This document shows positions 31,848 through 42,192 of a DNA stretch of 64,000 nt, in pieces. Origin of the DNA: Phycisphaerae bacterium (GTDB taxonomy: Bacteria > Planctomycetota > Phycisphaerae > UBA1845); assembly GCA_963666835.2 (NCBI GenBank), contig CAXXGO010000001.1, positions 1-64,000 on the forward strand. Reading direction: 5' to 3'. Positions within the stretch are counted from its first letter, which is position 1. Each line of letters opens with the position of its first letter. The notes beneath the pieces were generated by a model. It saw nothing but the letters and a program-made list of their open reading frames with translations. It had not been told where the DNA came from and searched no databases. The translations under genes were made by a program, and so were the position numbers.

Positions 31848-32477
31848 ATGCGAATCCTCGTAACGGCCGGACCGACCAGAGAGTTCTTCGATTCCGTACG
31901 GTTCATCTCGAACCCCTCGAGCGGGAAGATGGGTTTCGCCATCGCCCGGGCAGCGGCCGGGCGGGGGCATGAAGTCGTCCTGGTGGCCGGTCCCGTCGAG
32001 CTGGCGGACCCCGCCGGCGTCGAGGTCGTCCGGGTGGTCAGCGCCGAGGAGATGTTCCTGGCTTCCACGTCCTTGTTCGATAAATGCCAGGCGGCCGTGA
32101 TGACGGCGGCCGTCTGCGATTACCGTCCCACGCGGCGGCTCGAGCACAAACTGAAGAAACGCAACGAAGTCCGCCCGATCCAGCTCCAGCCGACCAAGGA
32201 CATCTGCGCCCATCTGGGCCGGATCAAAGGAGATCGGGTCGTCGTGGGTTTCGCGATGGAGGACCACGACCATCATTCACACGCCGCGGATAAGCTCGCC
32301 CGCAAGTGCTGCGATGCCATCGTACTCAACGGTATAAGCAACGTGGCCGGGGACGACGCTGAGATTGAGATCCTCCGAGCCGATTCCGGCTGGTCACCGC
32401 CCAAGGCCGGGTCGAAGGAGACCCTGGCCGGGACGATAGTGGATCTGGTCGAGAGCTTAGCCGGGCATCAACCGTAG
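31848..32477 (+). CDS. coaB: Phosphopantothenate--cysteine ligase (stand-alone CoaB half)
   Basis: LVTAGPTRE..DSVRFISNPSSGKMG, AAVCDYRP, VGFAME. Confidence 0.92.
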   Translation: MRILVTAGPTREFFDSVRFISNPSSGKMGFAIARAAAGRGHEVVLVAGPVELADPAGVEVVRVVSAEEMFLASTSLFDKCQAAVMTAAVCDYRPTRRLEHKLKKRNEVRPIQLQPTKDICAHLGRIKGDRVVVGFAMEDHDHHSHAADKLARKCCDAIVLNGISNVAGDDAEIEILRADSGWSPPKAGSKETLAGTIVDLVESLAGHQP

Positions 32478-33651
32478 ATTCCCGTAGGTCGGGCTCATCC
32501 CGACGTTCTGCCGCCAGATGCGCGACTCGCGGTGCCCTCACCCATCGAACGTGATTCGGCATACAAGAAGCGTGCTCCACCTGTAAAGGCAAACCAACCC
32601 CGGGAGGTGTCGGGCTCATCCCGACGTTCTGCCTGTAGATTTCAGGGCATGCCAACAACGCCGATTGGACGAAACCCGAGCAACGACAGTGTAAAGGGAG
32701 GGTTGCGCGTGGACTGTTGGTGATGGTCGTGGCCTCGTTCGGCCTCTTGAGGCGGTTTGTCGGCAAGTGTCTGTACGCCTTGGGGACACTTGGTGTCGAG
32801 TTGTCGTAGGTCTGGGTGAAATGGCGTAAGTGGGTTGTTTTTTACATAGTGGTGCGGTTGGCTTGGCATGTGGCGGTGTTACACGAGTTGGCGCTCTTTC
32901 GGGTTATTCCCGGTGTCGTGGGTTGTTTTCCGCGTTCTTTCGAACGGCAGTCTCTTGCCGCTACGGCCGCTGCCTGTGAGAACAATCGGTAAAGGCTGTT
33001 AACGTACGTGTCGATAATAGCTTAGGCGCCTTATGGAAGATTGGCATGGTGAACTGGGCGTCATGGGTTGTGCTGTGCTGGGATTATAGTGTTCGTTTCT
33101 TGAATCAAATGCTCAAGATGTAACGGAGCATGGACCGATGAGCAGTGAACATTATCGATCGCGCGCGAGGCGTGTTTGGCGGTCTTGCGTGGTTCGCTGA
33201 TGGAGCTGTTGTGGGTGGAAATGTTTTGGATTCGATATTGACTTGCCAAGGTCGAAACCTACAATTCGCCCGCTGTAGACTTGGCTTTCCGTGCCCCGCC
33301 CGTTTAAGGTGGTGCGCGGGTCTTCCGACGCAGATGGAGGCGGCCGTTTCTGTTGTGGCGCGTTGGCGGAACGGTGTTGCCCCCAATTCAAAGGGCGTTG
33401 GTGAGTTCGGGTTTGACAGTCAGTGGGCCGTTTAGAAGGCGGCGTATAATTGGCGGAAGGAACGTTGGCTCTGGGACGGTTTGGGGCGTTTGCCCTCCGG
33501 CTCGTGATTTTCTGCGAGCATGCGGGCAAGTGTCACTCCGTTTCGGAGTGTGACAAGTATTAGGCAGTTTTCTGCGTAACGGTATTTTGGACGAAACGAT
33601 GAGCGTGTGTGACGGAGCACGCCACAGTCTCTTATCTGGAGGTTCACGAGA

Positions 33652-36585
33652 ATGTTAGGTATCAAGTTTGGTACGCTGTATCGCCTGGGAGCGCTCTGTG
33701 GCGCGTTCGCCATGCTCGTACTCGTAGCGGGGTGTCCGGGAGTGCAGCCGGTGGTATGCACAACCGACGCGGACTGCGATGACGCGGTCTTCTGCAACGG
33801 GGCCGAGACGTGCGGTGAGGACGGGGCTTGTGTGGCCGGGGAAGCGCCCTGCACCGCCGAGTACTGCGATGAAGAGAATGACGTCTGCTATGAGTGCATC
33901 GCTGACGCCGACTGCGACGACGGCGATCTCTGCACGGATGACACGTGCGTAGACAACGTTTGCGATTACGCAGACGTAGACTGCGGCGACAACTTCTGTG
34001 ATCCGGCCGACGGCGAGTGCGTCGAGTGTCTGGCCGACACGGATTGCGATGATGGAGATGCCTGCACCGATGACGCCTGCACCGACGGTGTGTGTGAGAA
34101 CACGGATGTCGAGTGCGAAGAGGGCGAGATCTGCGTCGAGGGTGTTTGCGAGCTCGCCTGCACCGAGGATGCGGACTGCGACGACGAGGATGCCTGCACG
34201 ACCGACACCTGCACGGACGGGATCTGCGTTTACGAGGACGTTACGTGTGATGACGAGGATCTGTGCACGACCGATACCTGCGATCCGGATACCGGTTGCG
34301 TATACGCGGACGTCGAGTGCGAGGACGGCTACGAGTGTGACGCGGAGACCGGTGAGTGCGTCGAGATCGAGGAGATCGCCTGCGAAGAGGACGCCGATTG
34401 CGACGACGAAGTCGACTGCACCGACGACACCTGTGGTGAGGACGGCTTCTGCGATTTCACCGACAACTGTGCCGAGGGCACGCTGTGCGATGAGGATAGC
34501 GGTGAGTGCGTCGAGTGTCTGACTGACGACGACTGCACCGTCGAAGGCGAAGTCTGCGACGAGAACAACGAGTGCAACGATCCGACCTGCGAGACCGAGA
34601 GTGTAGATCTCACGCTGAATCGCGATGAGCTCACCACCGGCTGCGGTGACGACATCTTCAACGCCTATGTTGAGTTCAACACCGGCGCGTTCGTGGCGAC
34701 TCTGCAGTCGCAGGATTCGCTTGACGGCGGCACCGGCGACGACATTCTCAATGTCGAGTTCGAGCACTCCGCGGTCAAGACCGTAACGCCGACCGTCACG
34801 GACATCGAGACGATCAGCATTACGGATACCGGTACTGCGGTCACCACCCTGGCCGGTACGAACTTCTCCGGCGTGACCACGATCAACAGCGTTAACAGTT
34901 CGTCGAACGTCACCATCACGGCGATGCCGATGTTGGTGGATTGCGGCCTGCAGGGGACGACCGGGGACTTGCTGTTCACCTTCGATACCGCCGCCACGAC
35001 CGGCTCGGTCGATGCGATGGCCGTTACGGTCAGCGGAGCGAAGGCGGGCACCACGCTGGGTATCACCACCGGTGCGGCCAATGGTATCGAGTCGATGTCG
35101 ATTGATTCGACGGGCTCGGCGAGTGTTATTGATGCCATCACGATGACGACCGGAACCACCTGGACGTCTCTGACGGTGACCGGTGACCAGAACCTGACGA
35201 TCACCGCGGATCTGCCTGATCAGGTCACGACGATCGACGGAAGTGCGATGACGGCCGGAAACCTGAAGGTCGGAACCGGTAACGGCGTTATGGCGGTGAC
35301 CGGTGGTGCCGGCGATGACCAGTTCACCTTCAGCACCGGCGAGTTCCTGATCACGCCGACCGCCACCCGCGATACCGTCAACGGTGGCGAAGGTACTGAC
35401 ACGTTGCGTCTGGCCACGGCCGATGCGGACAATGCCACGGTAACCGTTCCGGGTACCAACGTCGCCACGAGCATCGAGGCGCTGCGGATCACGGATGCGG
35501 TAGCCGGTGCGATCAACACCACCTGGTGGGGCACGATCGGTACGTTCACCACCGAGGACGGCTTCGGCAACAACACCAGCCTGACGGTCGCCAGCGGCAC
35601 GAACGTCGTCTGCGAGGACGGTACCGACAGTACCGCCAACGCCCGGTCGTTCATCGTCTCGGGCAGCGGAACCACGGATACGATGACGCTGACCCTGGCC
35701 GACCACGACTTCGGGGCGGCGGCGTTGACCTTCACGGGTGTTGAGACGCTCAACTTGGTGTCGAACCTGAACATCTCGGGTGCGGCGGCCGACGGTGGCG
35801 GTATCAACGTGATCGGCGGGGCGCTGACCATGACGAACACCGCCGCGGTCGAGACCGTCGTTGTCACCGGTACCGAGGCTCTCACGATCACCGGCGCGGT
35901 TACGGCCGACAAGATCGATGCGTCGGACTTCACGCATAACCTGACGATGACGCTGACTGCTCCGATGGTGGCGAGTGGTAGCGGAAGCATCGTCGGTGGT
36001 AGCGGCGACGACACCCTGGTAGGTTCCGGCAATGCCGACACCATCACCGGTGGCGACGGTGGCGACGTGCTCAGTGGTGGCGAGGGTAATGACATCCTGA
36101 CCGGTGAGGGTGGCCAGGACTACTTCCACTTCCTGGATACGACGGACAACATCGTGTATGCCGGTGGTACGAACACGATCACCGACTTCACGGCCGGTAC
36201 GGATTACCTGCGGTTCGACAAGAGTAACTACTTCTCCTCGGCCACTGGCGGTGGCGTTGCGGTTACCAGCACGAACTACTATGAGGGTGCTCCGGCCAGC
36301 CTGGGTGCGACGACGTACGAGGTAGTGGTGGTTACGAGTGCGTCGTACGCGACGGCGGGAGCGGCCGAGGACGCGGTTGTCGCGGGCTCGACCTCCGGCA
36401 ATGACGCGGTCGTGATCTACTACGATTCGACGCAGGGTTATGCTCGGATGTACTTTACGACGACGCTGGGTACCGATGTGAATATTGATGGAAACACCGA
36501 CCAGATCATGGCGAACTTCACCAATATCACGACGTTGGCTGCGCTGTCGAACTTCGCGTACACCGACTTCTACGTTGCTGACTAA
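33652..36585 (+). CDS. Large acidic surface lipoprotein: Cys-rich CxDDxxCTxDxC repeats fused to an S-layer/RTX-like beta-roll region
   Basis: Lipobox LVAGC; repeated CDDGD.CTDD.C units; Thr/Gly-rich region with GGxGxD nonapeptides (GGTGDD, GGAGDD, GGEGTD, GGSGDD, GGEGND) and TITDF. Confidence 0.85.
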   Translation: MLGIKFGTLYRLGALCGAFAMLVLVAGCPGVQPVVCTTDADCDDAVFCNGAETCGEDGACVAGEAPCTAEYCDEENDVCYECIADADCDDGDLCTDDTCVDNVCDYADVDCGDNFCDPADGECVECLADTDCDDGDACTDDACTDGVCENTDVECEEGEICVEGVCELACTEDADCDDEDACTTDTCTDGICVYEDVTCDDEDLCTTDTCDPDTGCVYADVECEDGYECDAETGECVEIEEIACEEDADCDDEVDCTDDTCGEDGFCDFTDNCAEGTLCDEDSGECVECLTDDDCTVEGEVCDENNECNDPTCETESVDLTLNRDELTTGCGDDIFNAYVEFNTGAFVATLQSQDSLDGGTGDDILNVEFEHSAVKTVTPTVTDIETISITDTGTAVTTLAGTNFSGVTTINSVNSSSNVTITAMPMLVDCGLQGTTGDLLFTFDTAATTGSVDAMAVTVSGAKAGTTLGITTGAANGIESMSIDSTGSASVIDAITMTTGTTWTSLTVTGDQNLTITADLPDQVTTIDGSAMTAGNLKVGTGNGVMAVTGGAGDDQFTFSTGEFLITPTATRDTVNGGEGTDTLRLATADADNATVTVPGTNVATSIEALRITDAVAGAINTTWWGTIGTFTTEDGFGNNTSLTVASGTNVVCEDGTDSTANARSFIVSGSGTTDTMTLTLADHDFGAAALTFTGVETLNLVSNLNISGAAADGGGINVIGGALTMTNTAAVETVVVTGTEALTITGAVTADKIDASDFTHNLTMTLTAPMVASGSGSIVGGSGDDTLVGSGNADTITGGDGGDVLSGGEGNDILTGEGGQDYFHFLDTTDNIVYAGGTNTITDFTAGTDYLRFDKSNYFSSATGGGVAVTSTNYYEGAPASLGATTYEVVVVTSASYATAGAAEDAVVAGSTSGNDAVVIYYDSTQGYARMYFTTTLGTDVNIDGNTDQIMANFTNITTLAALSNFAYTDFYVAD

Positions 36586-36644
36586 ACTCGGATAAGAACG
36601 GCTCGCTAAGTGCGGGTCAGGCTCATCTGAACGGCAGTACGAAA

Positions 36645-36689
36645 CACGGAGCTCGGCGGGAACAACCTCGCCGGGCTCCGTGCCTTTTT
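36645..36689 (+). terminator. Rho-independent terminator
   Basis: cacggagctcggcg / cgccgggctccgtg stem followed by ccttttt, 60 nt after the stop. Confidence 0.75.
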
Positions 36690-36774
36690 ACGGGCTCGTC
36701 GTTTTTCGGGCTCTCGTCCGCGCTTTTGGCCGCGAGTCTCTCTAGGGCCCTCATCCGCCCCCACCCACGCCCTC

Positions 36775-37050
36775 GTAGGGCAGCGTCGAGGTACGAGACC
36801 TGCCGTAACTGCTGCGCGACGCGCGCCTTCGAGGCAGGTCTCGTACCTCGACCGTGCCCTACTTGGCCTTGGGAATGCGAGTCTCCTTACAATCCCAATC
36901 CGTTTCCCACCGATTCCGGCGACGAGTCGATGCGGCTGTTCCAGCTCGCCAAACGCCGGTATGGGGCACCCGCGCGGATGTCTTTCGGGTTTTCGTCCGT
37001 CCCCCACCCATTCCGGCGGTGAGTCGTCGCGGCTGTTCCGACGCGGCAGA
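36775..37050. repeat. REPIN-like inverted family-A pair plus hairpin-family copies (including an empty intron target)
   Basis: gtagggcagcgtcgaggtacgagacctgcc...ggcaggtctcgtacctcgaccgtgccctac (36775-36862); minus-strand gggtggggg|acggacgaaaacccga near 36985-37010. Confidence 0.85.
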
Positions 37051-37574
37051 CGCCGGCACGCGCGCTGGAACGGGGTACTCGCGCGGGTGGTCCCCGGCGA
37101 TACCAGCATTGGGGCGAAGCGGGTCAGGCCCGATAACCTCTCCGCCAGTATTGGTAACCTGCTCGGGGTTAAGCACTTGGGGAATGGTAGTTCGTGGCGG
37201 GAGACCGCAGCCCGCTTTTCTCCGCATTGCAGGCCTTGAAAAATCGTGCAAGTGAGCTCATCCTTAGGTGGCGCCGCAACAAGTATGTAACCGACATGTC
37301 ACAGAAGGCCGGGCGTTCCCGGCGCGGCGCGTAGGATGCAATCAGGCGGATCGCCTTGGTGTAGAAGAGAGGTGGACCGGGTCGGTTGTGCGCCGATGTC
37401 GCAGTCGATTCGCCTCCAGCGCTGATGGACGTAAGTCGGCTGCTGCGAAGCAGTTACGATCCGGTGGCCGGGTTTGCGTCCGTTGTGGTTCAGGTTGCCG
37501 GGGCGATGGTACGGCTTGCGCGGCGGGTGGTTGGACGACCGTGCGATAACCGGTGGTTTGAGTGAGGCGGTTTG

Positions 37575-38774
37575 ATGCCGAGTTTCACGTATAGAGCGGT
37601 CAATGAGGGCGGTGAGCAGGTCGCCGGGGTTCTGACGGCCGAGAACTACCAAGTAGCGCTGCGGATGTTGGATGAGCAGGCGCTCTACCCGGTAAACGTG
37701 TCCGAGGGCGTGGGGCAGATCGATACCCCGTTCTCAAGGGGCCGCAAGGTCAAGGCGCACCACCTTACGACGTTCTACACGCAGCTTGCGGATCTTCTCA
37801 AAGCTGGCGTTCCCATGCTGCGATCGCTCGACGTCCTCTCGCGGCAGGCGTCGCAGGGGACGTTGGGCCAGTTGATAAGAGAATTACGCGAGGACGTGGC
37901 CGGTGGTACTTCGCTGGGCGATGCGATGGGGAAGCACCCGTACGCGTTCTCGCCGCTGCACGCTTCGATGGTCCGGGCGGGGGAACAGGGTGGCTTTTTG
38001 GAGGACGTACTGGCCCGGATCGCGATTTTCTCGGAGAAGCAGGACGAGCTGCGCAACAAGGTCGTCGGCTCGATGATCTACCCGGTGATTTTGGTGTTGG
38101 CCGGGTCGCTCGTGATGTCGCTGGTGATGTTCGTGGTGGTCCCGAAGATCCGTCCGTATTTGCGGGAAGAGACCTTCAACCCCATGACGGTGGCGGTCTT
38201 TTGGGTGTGTGATCTGCTCAAGGACCACTACCTGGTGGTCATAGGCGCATTCGTCGGGGTCTTGCTGGCCTTGTCGACTTTTGCCAGGACGGAATACGGC
38301 AAGGCGTTGTTCGAGCGGGTTAAACTGCGGGCGCCGATCATGGGGAACATCCTCACGATGGTGGCGATTTGCCGGTTCTGCCGTATTCTTGGCACTATGT
38401 TGCACAATGGGGTGCCGATCCTGCAGGCTCTGAAGATCTCGAAGGACTCGGCCGGAAACGAGATTCTGGCCAAAGTGATCGAAGAGGCCGGCGACAGCGT
38501 GAAGAAGGGCGCTGCGCTCTCGGATCCGCTGGGAAAGAGTGGACTCTTTCCCCCAACGGTGGTGGACATGATCGCCGTGGCGGAGGAGAGCAACAATCTG
38601 GAGACCGTGCTGGTTCAGATTGCCGAAACTAACGAAGTGCGCACGGCGCGGCAGATCGATTTGGGGGTGCGAATCCTCGAGCCGGTTCTGCTGGTGATTA
38701 TGGCGTCGCTGGTGTTCTGCGTGCTCGTGGCGATTCTGTTGCCGATTCTGACGATGGGTTCGGCGGCGATGTAG
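37575..38774 (+). CDS. gspF: Type II secretion system F / PilC family platform protein
   Basis: QLADLLKAGVP, MVRAGEQGG.L, MIYP, GTMLHNGVPIL, MIAVAEES. Confidence 0.95.
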   Translation: MPSFTYRAVNEGGEQVAGVLTAENYQVALRMLDEQALYPVNVSEGVGQIDTPFSRGRKVKAHHLTTFYTQLADLLKAGVPMLRSLDVLSRQASQGTLGQLIRELREDVAGGTSLGDAMGKHPYAFSPLHASMVRAGEQGGFLEDVLARIAIFSEKQDELRNKVVGSMIYPVILVLAGSLVMSLVMFVVVPKIRPYLREETFNPMTVAVFWVCDLLKDHYLVVIGAFVGVLLALSTFARTEYGKALFERVKLRAPIMGNILTMVAICRFCRILGTMLHNGVPILQALKISKDSAGNEILAKVIEEAGDSVKKGAALSDPLGKSGLFPPTVVDMIAVAEESNNLETVLVQIAETNEVRTARQIDLGVRILEPVLLVIMASLVFCVLVAILLPILTMGSAAM

Positions 38775-38968
38775 GCGTTGTAGGGCGGCGCTTGCGGGCC
38801 GGTCTGCATGAGAGGTTGATTCCCCCGGAGGCGGGCGGGACTGCTTTCGGGATGACATAAGAACCCGGACGTCGGGCGAAGGTCAAGGTGCCGACCGGCG
38901 AAAGGAATGAGGCCGTATCGCGGTGGTTAAGTCTGCGAAACGGCAATGGACTACGAAGGAGAGATGTG

Positions 38969-39430
38969 ATGCGGCGTACGAAGAGACGGAACCGGTCGGC
39001 GTTTACCCTGATCGAGGTGCTGTTGGTCGCGGGGATTCTCGCGCTGTTGGCGGCGTTTGCGATTCCGCGGTTGTTCAGCCAGGCGGAAGAGGCTCGGATC
39101 AAGCTGGCCCAGGCGGCGGTGGGGCGAAACGGTCCGATTGGTAAGGCCCTGGGCAGTTACAAGTGGCACATGGGGGCGTATCCGGACACCGACGAGGGGC
39201 TCGCGGCGCTGTTTCAGGCGAAGGACAGCGTCGATGACGAGCGGTACAAGGGCCCCTATCTCGAGGGGACGTTTGAGGAACTGACTGATCCGTGGGGTAA
39301 GCCCTTCGAGTATCGCAGCCCGGGCGAGGTCAACGAGGACGGATTCGACCTGTGGAGCATCGGTCCCGACGGCAACGACGACAGCGGCAAAGAAGGCAGC
39401 GACGACATCAAGAACTGGGTAGAGAAGTAA
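38969..39430 (+). CDS. gspG: Major pseudopilin GspG
   Basis: A|FTLIEVLLV prepilin motif, YPDTDEGLAAL, GPYL, DPWGKPFEY, DLWSIGPDG. Confidence 0.95.
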   Translation: MRRTKRRNRSAFTLIEVLLVAGILALLAAFAIPRLFSQAEEARIKLAQAAVGRNGPIGKALGSYKWHMGAYPDTDEGLAALFQAKDSVDDERYKGPYLEGTFEELTDPWGKPFEYRSPGEVNEDGFDLWSIGPDGNDDSGKEGSDDIKNWVEK

Positions 39431-39488
39431 GCTCGACTCGTTACGTTCGGATCGTCTGAAGAGGGGGGCGGCTCCGACGCGCAATATC

Positions 39489-40442
39489 ATGAGGCATACT
39501 AGTGCCATTTCCAGTGAGGTTGGTCTGGGTTTTCCCCCCTTAGCAAGGGGGGATCGAGGGGGGTGTATTCGGACGGAGAAGAACCTCCCCCGGCCTCTCG
39601 TTATCACGGGGGGGGCAGGCTGGAAGCCTGCGTTACGGCGGGGCACTGCTTCCTCTCCTGGGAAGGAGGGGAGAAGAAGCGGCCACCTTTCTGGAAACGG
39701 CATCAGATCCAGCCGCGCGTTCACATTGATGGAGATTGTCCTGGTAGTCGGCATTCTGGTGGCCATCACTGCGATGGCGATTCCGACTTTCGTAAACGAA
39801 ATTCAACGAAACGAGTTGGAAGGCTCGGCTCGGCAGATGCGTTCTCTGCTTACGATGGTGGGCGCTAACGCTGCGCTGGACGGCGTGCGGTATCGGGTGC
39901 GGTTCCCTCAGGAGGACGAGGAGGACCCGCTGGGCGGTGATACTCAGCCGTTGATCGAGCGCGAAGACTTTCCGATTGAAGAGCCGGAGGAGTTCTATCT
40001 GGTTACGGCGCCGTGGGCGATTGGCAACACCTTGTTGGGGAACGTGTGGTGTGCCGAGGTGCGTCTGGGGCGTCCGACGGTGGACTCATTGCGGCGGACG
40101 CGCAGCGAGGTCGAAGACACTATCGAGGAGGCGTTCGAGGATTTCGAGCCGGAACGCCCTCCGCTTCTGTTTGATCCGGATTCCACGTGTGAGTGGGCCA
40201 CTTTCGTTCTGACCGATGCTCCGCGGGACATCAACCTCGACGATTTGGAGGACTACCCGTGCATCGAGGTGATCCTCGAAGGCAGTACCGGGCTCTCCTG
40301 GCTGCAGCGCCCGCTTTATGAAGAGGAATTGGATCTGTTCGAAGAGAAGAACTGGCCGGTCGTGCTCCGGCAGGACCTGCTCAGCTTACGCGAGCTAACC
40401 GAAGACGATGTACTGGAACTTCGCGAGGCGTTGCTCGACTGA
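39489..40442 (+). CDS. Minor pseudopilin (GspH-like) with an unusually long leader
   Basis: RA|FTLMEIVLVVGILVAITAMAIP at about residue 78; strongly acidic mature domain. Confidence 0.8.
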   Translation: MRHTSAISSEVGLGFPPLARGDRGGCIRTEKNLPRPLVITGGAGWKPALRRGTASSPGKEGRRSGHLSGNGIRSSRAFTLMEIVLVVGILVAITAMAIPTFVNEIQRNELEGSARQMRSLLTMVGANAALDGVRYRVRFPQEDEEDPLGGDTQPLIEREDFPIEEPEEFYLVTAPWAIGNTLLGNVWCAEVRLGRPTVDSLRRTRSEVEDTIEEAFEDFEPERPPLLFDPDSTCEWATFVLTDAPRDINLDDLEDYPCIEVILEGSTGLSWLQRPLYEEELDLFEEKNWPVVLRQDLLSLRELTEDDVLELREALLD

Positions 40443-41224
40443 TGAACGGTAGACGCTCAGGTTATTCCAGTAAGCGCATCAGCGCCGCGGTTCGCGGCAA
40501 CCGGTGGATGAGGCTCCGGCCGGGCTGGGTCCTGCTCGAGACGGTCATGGCAACCGGTCTGTTGATTCTCGGGCTCGCGGTGATCGGAGCGCAGGTGCAG
40601 GACGCCGATGCCTCGATCCGCCGGATGGAGCTGGAACTATGTGCCATGCGTCTGGCAGAGATGAAAATGGCGGAGCTGGACCTGGGGCTCGTGGAGCTGG
40701 ACAGCGTCGACGAGGAGCAGGAAGAGGAATTCGGCCCGCGCTTCCCCGACTTCGGCTGGCGGCTCATTACCGAAGAGACCGGCCTGGACGAGATGTACCT
40801 TCTGACGCTCGAGATTCTATACCTGCCTCAGTCATCGGCGGATTTCGGGGAGTATGAAGAGGGCGACTTCGACCACGACCTCGCGGAGAACATCTTCACG
40901 ATTCGGGCAATGCGGGCCACGCCGCGCCCGCTCAACCTCGAAGAGGAGTTCGGACTCGACGAGGACGAGTTCATTGAGATCAGCGACAAGTTGGCCGACT
41001 TGGGGATCCCCGGCCTCGACAACGCATCGGCCCTGAACCTGACTTTCCTGGCCCAGAGTGATCTGGAGGACGTGCTGGCGGCGCTGCCGATTCTCGAGGA
41101 GGTCTTTGGGATCGACCTGCAGAGCATGGCCGCGCTGCTACCGCCGGGGTTGCTGGAAACGCTCGAGGAAAGCGGAGTGCTCGAAGGTGAGGAGGGGGAG
41201 GAAGGCGCCGGTGAAGGCTCATGA
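40442..41224 (+). CDS. Minor pseudopilin (GspI-like)
   Basis: G|WVLLETVMATGLLILGL prepilin-like motif; operon position; acidic composition. Confidence 0.7.
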   Translation: MNGRRSGYSSKRISAAVRGNRWMRLRPGWVLLETVMATGLLILGLAVIGAQVQDADASIRRMELELCAMRLAEMKMAELDLGLVELDSVDEEQEEEFGPRFPDFGWRLITEETGLDEMYLLTLEILYLPQSSADFGEYEEGDFDHDLAENIFTIRAMRATPRPLNLEEEFGLDEDEFIEISDKLADLGIPGLDNASALNLTFLAQSDLEDVLAALPILEEVFGIDLQSMAALLPPGLLETLEESGVLEGEEGEEGAGEGS

Positions 41225-42192
41225 CCGGGCGTTGGTACATTGAACGCCGCCGCCGCGGCCTGACGTTGCTGGAAGTCGTGCTGGCGATGAGTTTGCTCGT
41301 CGTGCTGTCTACGATGACGTACTGGTTTTACTCCTCGTCGCTGGAGACGCGTGAGCGCGGGATGAAGGCGGCGCAGCGTCAGCGGTTGGTCCGGGTGATT
41401 CTGGACCGAATCGCGGCGGAGATTCGCCAGGCGAGTGCCATCGGTATTGGACAGCGCGCGGGGATTCGCGGCGAAGCCGAACGAATCTGGCTGACGACCA
41501 TGCGGGTGCCGAGCAAGGAGCTATCGAAGGAACGCCGCTCGCGGGAAGAGCCGCCGCCCGGCGAGTACGACCTGGCCAAGGTGGCCTACCACATCGTTCG
41601 CCATCCGGACATCCAGGACGAGGACGGTTACGACAAGCCGCTGGGGCTGGCGCGGGTGGAGATTACCGTTCCGCGTCCCGACAGCGCCGAGACGGGCGAA
41701 GCGTTCGAGGGGGAGTCGGGCCAAACGACGGATGGAGAAGAGTCGTCTTGGGATGCGTTCGAGGAAGCGCTGCTGACCGACGACGAGAGCGGCGGTATCG
41801 AGGCGGTGGAAGACATCAACTGGCAGGAGCTGTACTCGACGGATGTTCGTTATCTGCGGTTCTGCTACTTCGACGGCAATACCTGGTGGGACGAATGGGA
41901 TGTCCCCGGGGAGAACGCTCTTCCGCAGATGGTAATGGTGACGTTGGGGTTCTCGGGTCAGCCGCCCTGTGGTGAGGAGTTCGGACAGACGCCCAACGAG
42001 GAGTTCTGTGAGTGCCTCAACCGTGACCCGATGGACTGTGAACGGCTGCCGTTGGATCAGTACACCCGGGTCGTGCGGGTGACCCAGGCGGACCCGCTGT
42101 TTCGGTCGCGGGTTACGCGTGAGGGGCAGGAGCTTGCCCAGACGCTGGGGGCGTCTTCTGGGAAAACCGAGGGCGAAGAGGAGGGCGATTGA
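41221..42192 (+). CDS. Minor pseudopilin (GspJ-like)
   Basis: RRG|LTLLEVVLAM; FCYFDGNTWWDEWD...LPQMV motif typical of GspJ-like proteins. Confidence 0.8.
   Translation: MTGRWYIERRRRGLTLLEVVLAMSLLVVLSTMTYWFYSSSLETRERGMKAAQRQRLVRVILDRIAAEIRQASAIGIGQRAGIRGEAERIWLTTMRVPSKELSKERRSREEPPPGEYDLAKVAYHIVRHPDIQDEDGYDKPLGLARVEITVPRPDSAETGEAFEGESGQTTDGEESSWDAFEEALLTDDESGGIEAVEDINWQELYSTDVRYLRFCYFDGNTWWDEWDVPGENALPQMVMVTLGFSGQPPCGEEFGQTPNEEFCECLNRDPMDCERLPLDQYTRVVRVTQADPLFRSRVTREGQELAQTLGASSGKTEGEEEGD

Noticed and set aside
33655..36129. 824-aa antisense ORF
   Set aside because: Shadow of the codon-biased sense gene; no protein-like features.
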